This document shows, in pieces, positions 60,085 through 64,000 of a DNA stretch of 64,000 nt (position 1 is the stretch's first letter; each line of letters begins with the position of its first letter). The notes beneath the pieces are model-generated. The model saw only the letters and a program-made list of their open reading frames with translations. It did not search any database and had not been told where the DNA came from. The DNA comes from Polyangiaceae bacterium. GTDB lineage: Bacteria; Myxococcota_A; Polyangia; Polyangiales; Polyangiaceae. The stretch lies in assembly GCA_035063585.1 (NCBI GenBank), contig JAPSGB010000012.1, positions 32,001-96,000 of the forward strand, in the 5' to 3' direction. The position numbers and the translations under genes were made by a program.

Positions 60085-61266
60085 TCAGCCGCGGGTGAGG
60101 GTGATGAGCGTGATCTCGGGCGGCGCGCCGAGGCGCATGGGCGGGCCCCAGTAGCCGGTGCCGTTCGAGACCCACACCTGGGTGTCACCGAAGCGCCCGA
60201 GCCCCGACACGATGGGCTGCTGGAGATAGACCAGGTAGCGCCACGGCCAGAGCTGGCCGCCGTGGGTGTGCCCCGAGAGCTGCAGGCCGACGCCGTGCTT
60301 CAGCGCCTCGAGGACCGTGCGCGGCTGGTGCGCGAGGAGCACGCACTCGCGCGCGGGGTCACGCCCGGCGAGCGCGCCGGGGACGTCCTCTGCGCCGACG
60401 CGCCCGCCGTGCCGCGGGCTCGGCCTGCCCTGGTGGTCGTCGACGCCCGCGAGATCGAAGCTCTCCGCGCCGTTGCTGATGCTGACGCGACGGTTTCGGA
60501 GCACCTGGAGGCCGATGCGCTCGAGCTCGTCGCACCACGCGTCGGCGTCGTAGAAGTACTCGTGGTTGCCGGTGACGAAGAAGACGCCGTGACGGGCGCG
60601 GAGCGCGGTGAGGGGGGCGAGCTGGTCGCGGAGCGCCTCGACCGTGCCGTCCACCAGATCGCCGGTGATGGCGACGAGGTCGGGGGCGAGCTGGTTGGTC
60701 TGGTGGACGATACCCGCGAGAAAATCCCTGCCGATGGTCGGGCCGACGTGGATGTCGGTGAGGTGCGCGATGGTGATGCCGTCGAGCGCCCCGGGCAGGC
60801 GCGCGAGCTTGACCGTGAGCCGGCGAATCATCACTGCGCCGAGGCCGGTGGCGAGCGCGCGCGCGGTCGCGCCGCCCGTGACGAGCGCGGCGGCGGCGCC
60901 TACCACGCGCGAGAGGGCGAGCCGGCGCGAAGGGTCGGGGGGCCGACCCAGCGCGCCGGCGAACCGCGCGACGATCTTCACCAGATCGCCCGCGGCGAGG
61001 GTGACGAGCAAGAAGAACACCACGCCCATCCAGGCGAAGAGCGCGAGGAAGAGCCAGCGCGCGTGACCCGGGTGGATCCGGCGGGCCAGGATGAGCGTCG
61101 CCGGGACGCTCGCGAAGAGGACCGCGACCAGCAGGGTGCCAGCCTTCCGGCCCCAGGGAGAGAGGCCGACGTCGCGGACCAGGCGCGCCCACAGGTAGTA
61201 GTGCACCGAGCCCACGATCGCCAGACCGACCGCGAAGAAGAGCAGCATCGAGGCGGAGCGGTTCAT
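60085..61266 (-). CDS. membrane metallophosphoesterase (YkuE/YaeI-like)
   Basis: N-terminal TM helices, then TDIH, GDLVD, GNHE, LAHQP, SGHTHGGQ and GYWGPPMRLG motifs. Confidence 0.93.
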   Translation of the reverse strand: MNRSASMLLFFAVGLAIVGSVHYYLWARLVRDVGLSPWGRKAGTLLVAVLFASVPATLILARRIHPGHARWLFLALFAWMGVVFFLLVTLAAGDLVKIVARFAGALGRPPDPSRRLALSRVVGAAAALVTGGATARALATGLGAVMIRRLTVKLARLPGALDGITIAHLTDIHVGPTIGRDFLAGIVHQTNQLAPDLVAITGDLVDGTVEALRDQLAPLTALRARHGVFFVTGNHEYFYDADAWCDELERIGLQVLRNRRVSISNGAESFDLAGVDDHQGRPSPRHGGRVGAEDVPGALAGRDPARECVLLAHQPRTVLEALKHGVGLQLSGHTHGGQLWPWRYLVYLQQPIVSGLGRFGDTQVWVSNGTGYWGPPMRLGAPPEITLITLTRG

Positions 61267-61350
61267 GGCCGGAGCCCGGTTTCTTGAGCCACGCCGCGCG
61301 CGCCGCAAGCCGCGCGGTGTTCCGCGGCGCAGCGCGTCACCGGGAGGAGC

Positions 61351-61379
61351 TTGAAAGCGCCTTCGTCGCGTCCTACGAC
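61351..61379 (+). promoter_or_regulatory. sigma70-like promoter of aceE
   Basis: TTGAAA-N17-TACGAC, ending 6 nt before ATG 61386. Confidence 0.5.
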
Positions 61380-61385
61380 GGGCGC

Positions 61386-64000
61386 ATGAACCGCATGGAA
61401 CACGAGCCGCCGGCTCCGCAGCAGCTCTCCGGCTACCGTCACGACGAGTCGGACAAGGATCCGACCGAGACTCGCGAGTGGATCGAGTCGATCGAGCAGG
61501 TGATCGCGGCTTCCGGGCGCGACCGCGCGCGCTACCTCCTCCGGCGCGTGCTCTCGAACGCGGGGCGCAACGGGGTCATGCCGGTGGGCCCGCTCGTCAC
61601 CGACTACGTGAACACCATCCCGCGCGAGGAGGAGCCGCCGTTCCCCGGTGACGAGGCGATGGAGAAGCGCATCCGGCGTATCATTCGTTGGAACGCGGTG
61701 GCGATGGTCCAGCGCGCGAACAAGCGCTTCCCCGGGATCGGCGGACATCTCTCGTCGTACGCGTCGATCGCGAGCCTCTACGAGGTGGGGCTGAACCACT
61801 TCTTCCGCGGCAAGAACGCGCCAGGGGGCGGCGATCACGTGTTCTTCCAGGGACACTCGGCGCCGGGCATGTACGCGCGCGCGTTCCTCGAGGGCAGGAT
61901 CTCGGTCGACACCCTCGATCACTTTCGGCGCGAGACCGAGCGCGGGCGCGGGCTGCCGAGCTATCCGCACCCGCGGCTGGTCGACAATTTCTGGGAGTAT
62001 CCGACCGTGAGCATGGGGCTCGGCCCGCTCATGAGCATTTATCAGGCGCGCTTCAACCGTTACCTCGCGGCGCGCGGCCTCTCGGACACCTCCCAATCGC
62101 GCGTGTGGTGCTTCATGGGTGACGGCGAATCGGACGAGCCCGAGTCGCTCGGCGCGCTCGGCGTCGCGTCCCGTGAGGGGCTCGACAACCTCACCTTCGT
62201 CGTGAACTGTAACCTCCAGCGCCTCGATGGGCCGGTGCGCGGCAACGGCAAGATCATCCAGGAGCTCGAGGGGATCTTCCGCGGCGCGGGGTGGAACGTC
62301 ATCAAGGTCATCTGGGGGCCCGAGTGGGATGACCTGCTCGCGCGGGACGTCGACGGCGTGCTCCGCCGCCGCATGAACGAGGTCGTCGACGGTCAGTGGC
62401 AGAAGTACACGACCGAGCCGGGGAGCTACACGCGCCAGCACTTCTTCGGCACCGACCCGCGGCTGCTCGCCATGGTCGAGCATCTCTCGGACGAGCAGAT
62501 CGAGCGGCTCCGTCGCGGCGGGCACAGCCTGCGAAAGATCTACGCGGCCTACAGCCAGGCGATCGCGACCAAGGGTCGCCCCACCGCGATCCTCGCCCAC
62601 TCGGTGAAGGGTTGGACGCTCGGGCGTCACATCGCCGGGGCGAACGTCACGCACCAGAAGAAGAAGCTCGATCACGACGAGCTCCGCGCCTTCCGCGACA
62701 CGCTCGAGCTCCCCGTCCCCGACGACAAGCTCGAGGAGGCGCCCTTCTACCACCCGGGGAAGGACAGCCCGGAGGTTGCCTACCTCCTCGAACGCCGGCA
62801 CGCGCTCGGCGGCGTGATCCCGACCCGGCGCACACAGGTGAGCGTCCCGCTCGAGGCCCCGGTAGCGTCCCTCTACGAGGAGTTCTACGAGGGCATGAAG
62901 AAGGGTGAGGCGTCGACCACCATGGTCTTCGCGCGGCTGCTCTCGAAGCTCATTCGCGATCCGACCATTGGCCCGCGCGTGGTGCCCATCATCCCGGACG
63001 AGGCGCGCACCTTCGGTCTCGACGCGCTCTTCTCGCAGGTCGGCATCTACTCGTCGCACGGACAGCTCTACGAGCCGGTCGACAAGGGCAAGCTCCTCTA
63101 CTACCGCGAGACGAAGGACGGGCAGGTGCTCGAGGAGGGCATCACGGAGGCCGGCGCGATGGCGAGCTTCATCGCGGCAGCGACCGCCTACTCGAACCGC
63201 GACCTCCAGATGGTGCCGTTCTTCATCTACTATTCGATGTTCGGCTTCCATCGCGCCGGGGATCTCATGTGGGCCGCCGGTGACATCAAGGCGCGTGGCT
63301 TCTTGCTCGGCGGCACCGCCGGCCGCACGACCTTGAACGGAGAGGGACTCCAGCACCAGGACGGCCACAGCCCGCTCGTGATGGACGTCATCCCGAACAT
63401 GGTCGTCTACGACGTCGCGTTCGCCTACGAGCTCGCGGTCATCATCGAGGAGGGGCTCCGCCGGATGCTCAGGAACGGCGAGGACGTCCTCTATTACATC
63501 ACGCTCCAGAACGAGAATTACCCCATGCCCGCCATGCCCGGAGACGTGAAGGAGTCGATCCTGCGGGGCATCTACCGCTACTCGGCGGCGGCCGAGCGCC
63601 GCGCGCTCCACGTGCAGCTCTTCGGCAGCGGCTCGATCCTGCTCGAGGCGCTCCGCGCCCGCGACATCCTGACGGAGCGCTTCGGCGTGAGCGCGGACGT
63701 CTGGAGCGTGACCAGCTACGGCGAGCTCCGTCGGGACGCGCTCGAGTGCGAGCGGCAGAACCGCCTGAACCCCGCGAGCGCGCCGCGAGTGCCGCACCTC
63801 GCGCAGGCGCTCGACGGCGTACCCGGGCCGTTCGTCGCGGTGAGCGACTACCTGAAGCTCCAGGCCGAGCAGGTCGCGCGCTGGGTGCCCGGGCGGCTGG
63901 TGCCGCTCGGCACCGACGGCTTCGGGATGAGCGACACCCGCCAGGCGCTCCGACGGCACTTCGAGATCGACGCCGAGAACATCGCGCTCGCGGCGCTCGA
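61386..64000 (+). CDS. aceE: pyruvate dehydrogenase E1, homodimeric type (3'-partial)
   Basis: Manual translation gives DKDPTETREWIESI, IRWNAVAMV, GGHLSSYAS, PTVSMGLGP, GDGESDEPES...NCNLQRLDGPV and GTDGFG. Absent from the ORF track because there is no stop inside the window. Confidence 0.96.
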   Translation, partial: MNRMEHEPPAPQQLSGYRHDESDKDPTETREWIESIEQVIAASGRDRARYLLRRVLSNAGRNGVMPVGPLVTDYVNTIPREEEPPFPGDEAMEKRIRRIIRWNAVAMVQRANKRFPGIGGHLSSYASIASLYEVGLNHFFRGKNAPGGGDHVFFQGHSAPGMYARAFLEGRISVDTLDHFRRETERGRGLPSYPHPRLVDNFWEYPTVSMGLGPLMSIYQARFNRYLAARGLSDTSQSRVWCFMGDGESDEPESLGALGVASREGLDNLTFVVNCNLQRLDGPVRGNGKIIQELEGIFRGAGWNVIKVIWGPEWDDLLARDVDGVLRRRMNEVVDGQWQKYTTEPGSYTRQHFFGTDPRLLAMVEHLSDEQIERLRRGGHSLRKIYAAYSQAIATKGRPTAILAHSVKGWTLGRHIAGANVTHQKKKLDHDELRAFRDTLELPVPDDKLEEAPFYHPGKDSPEVAYLLERRHALGGVIPTRRTQVSVPLEAPVASLYEEFYEGMKKGEASTTMVFARLLSKLIRDPTIGPRVVPIIPDEARTFGLDALFSQVGIYSSHGQLYEPVDKGKLLYYRETKDGQVLEEGITEAGAMASFIAAATAYSNRDLQMVPFFIYYSMFGFHRAGDLMWAAGDIKARGFLLGGTAGRTTLNGEGLQHQDGHSPLVMDVIPNMVVYDVAFAYELAVIIEEGLRRMLRNGEDVLYYITLQNENYPMPAMPGDVKESILRGIYRYSAAAERRALHVQLFGSGSILLEALRARDILTERFGVSADVWSVTSYGELRRDALECERQNRLNPASAPRVPHLAQALDGVPGPFVAVSDYLKLQAEQVARWVPGRLVPLGTDGFGMSDTRQALRRHFEIDAENIALAAL

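Noticed and set aside
61263..63959. 898-aa minus-strand ORF
   Set aside because: Antisense shadow of aceE, which has clear motifs on the + strand.

Overview
Very GC-rich bacterial chromosomal segment. The gene content points to Myxococcota, probably Polyangiaceae/Sorangiineae-like (inference): myxobacterial OM beta-barrels, TPR-PEGA proteins, a Ser/Thr kinase, and many Gly- and Cys-rich lipoproteins. About 56 CDS are supported; I recognised no rRNA, tRNA, transposase or CRISPR array. Housekeeping genes include ftsY, uppP, msrA, alkA, cutA and a 3'-truncated aceE that the ORF track missed. Metal-handling loci are a BlaI-family repressor plus M56 peptidase plus CzcCBA-type RND efflux operon, and copZ-csoR-copA with a perfect palindromic operator. 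Most notable: (1) two inverted 24-bp operator-like copies (21/24 identical) bracket the BlaI/M56 pair, suggesting proteolysis-controlled metal efflux; (2) two paralogous lipoproteins carry 10 and 8 copies of a ~56-aa 8-Cys repeat, have tip domains with variable loops, and flank a TPR-PEGA gene; (3) a coupled kinase/TPR-PEGA/lipoprotein triad; (4) a TANNNT hexamer 6-8 nt before at least 11 start codons, suggesting leaderless mRNAs; (5) an accessory patch with a GAF-BTAD activator and an 11-bp-period direct repeat, an H-NS-family gene and a 49-bp tandem array. All functional calls come from motif recognition by eye; no searches were run.
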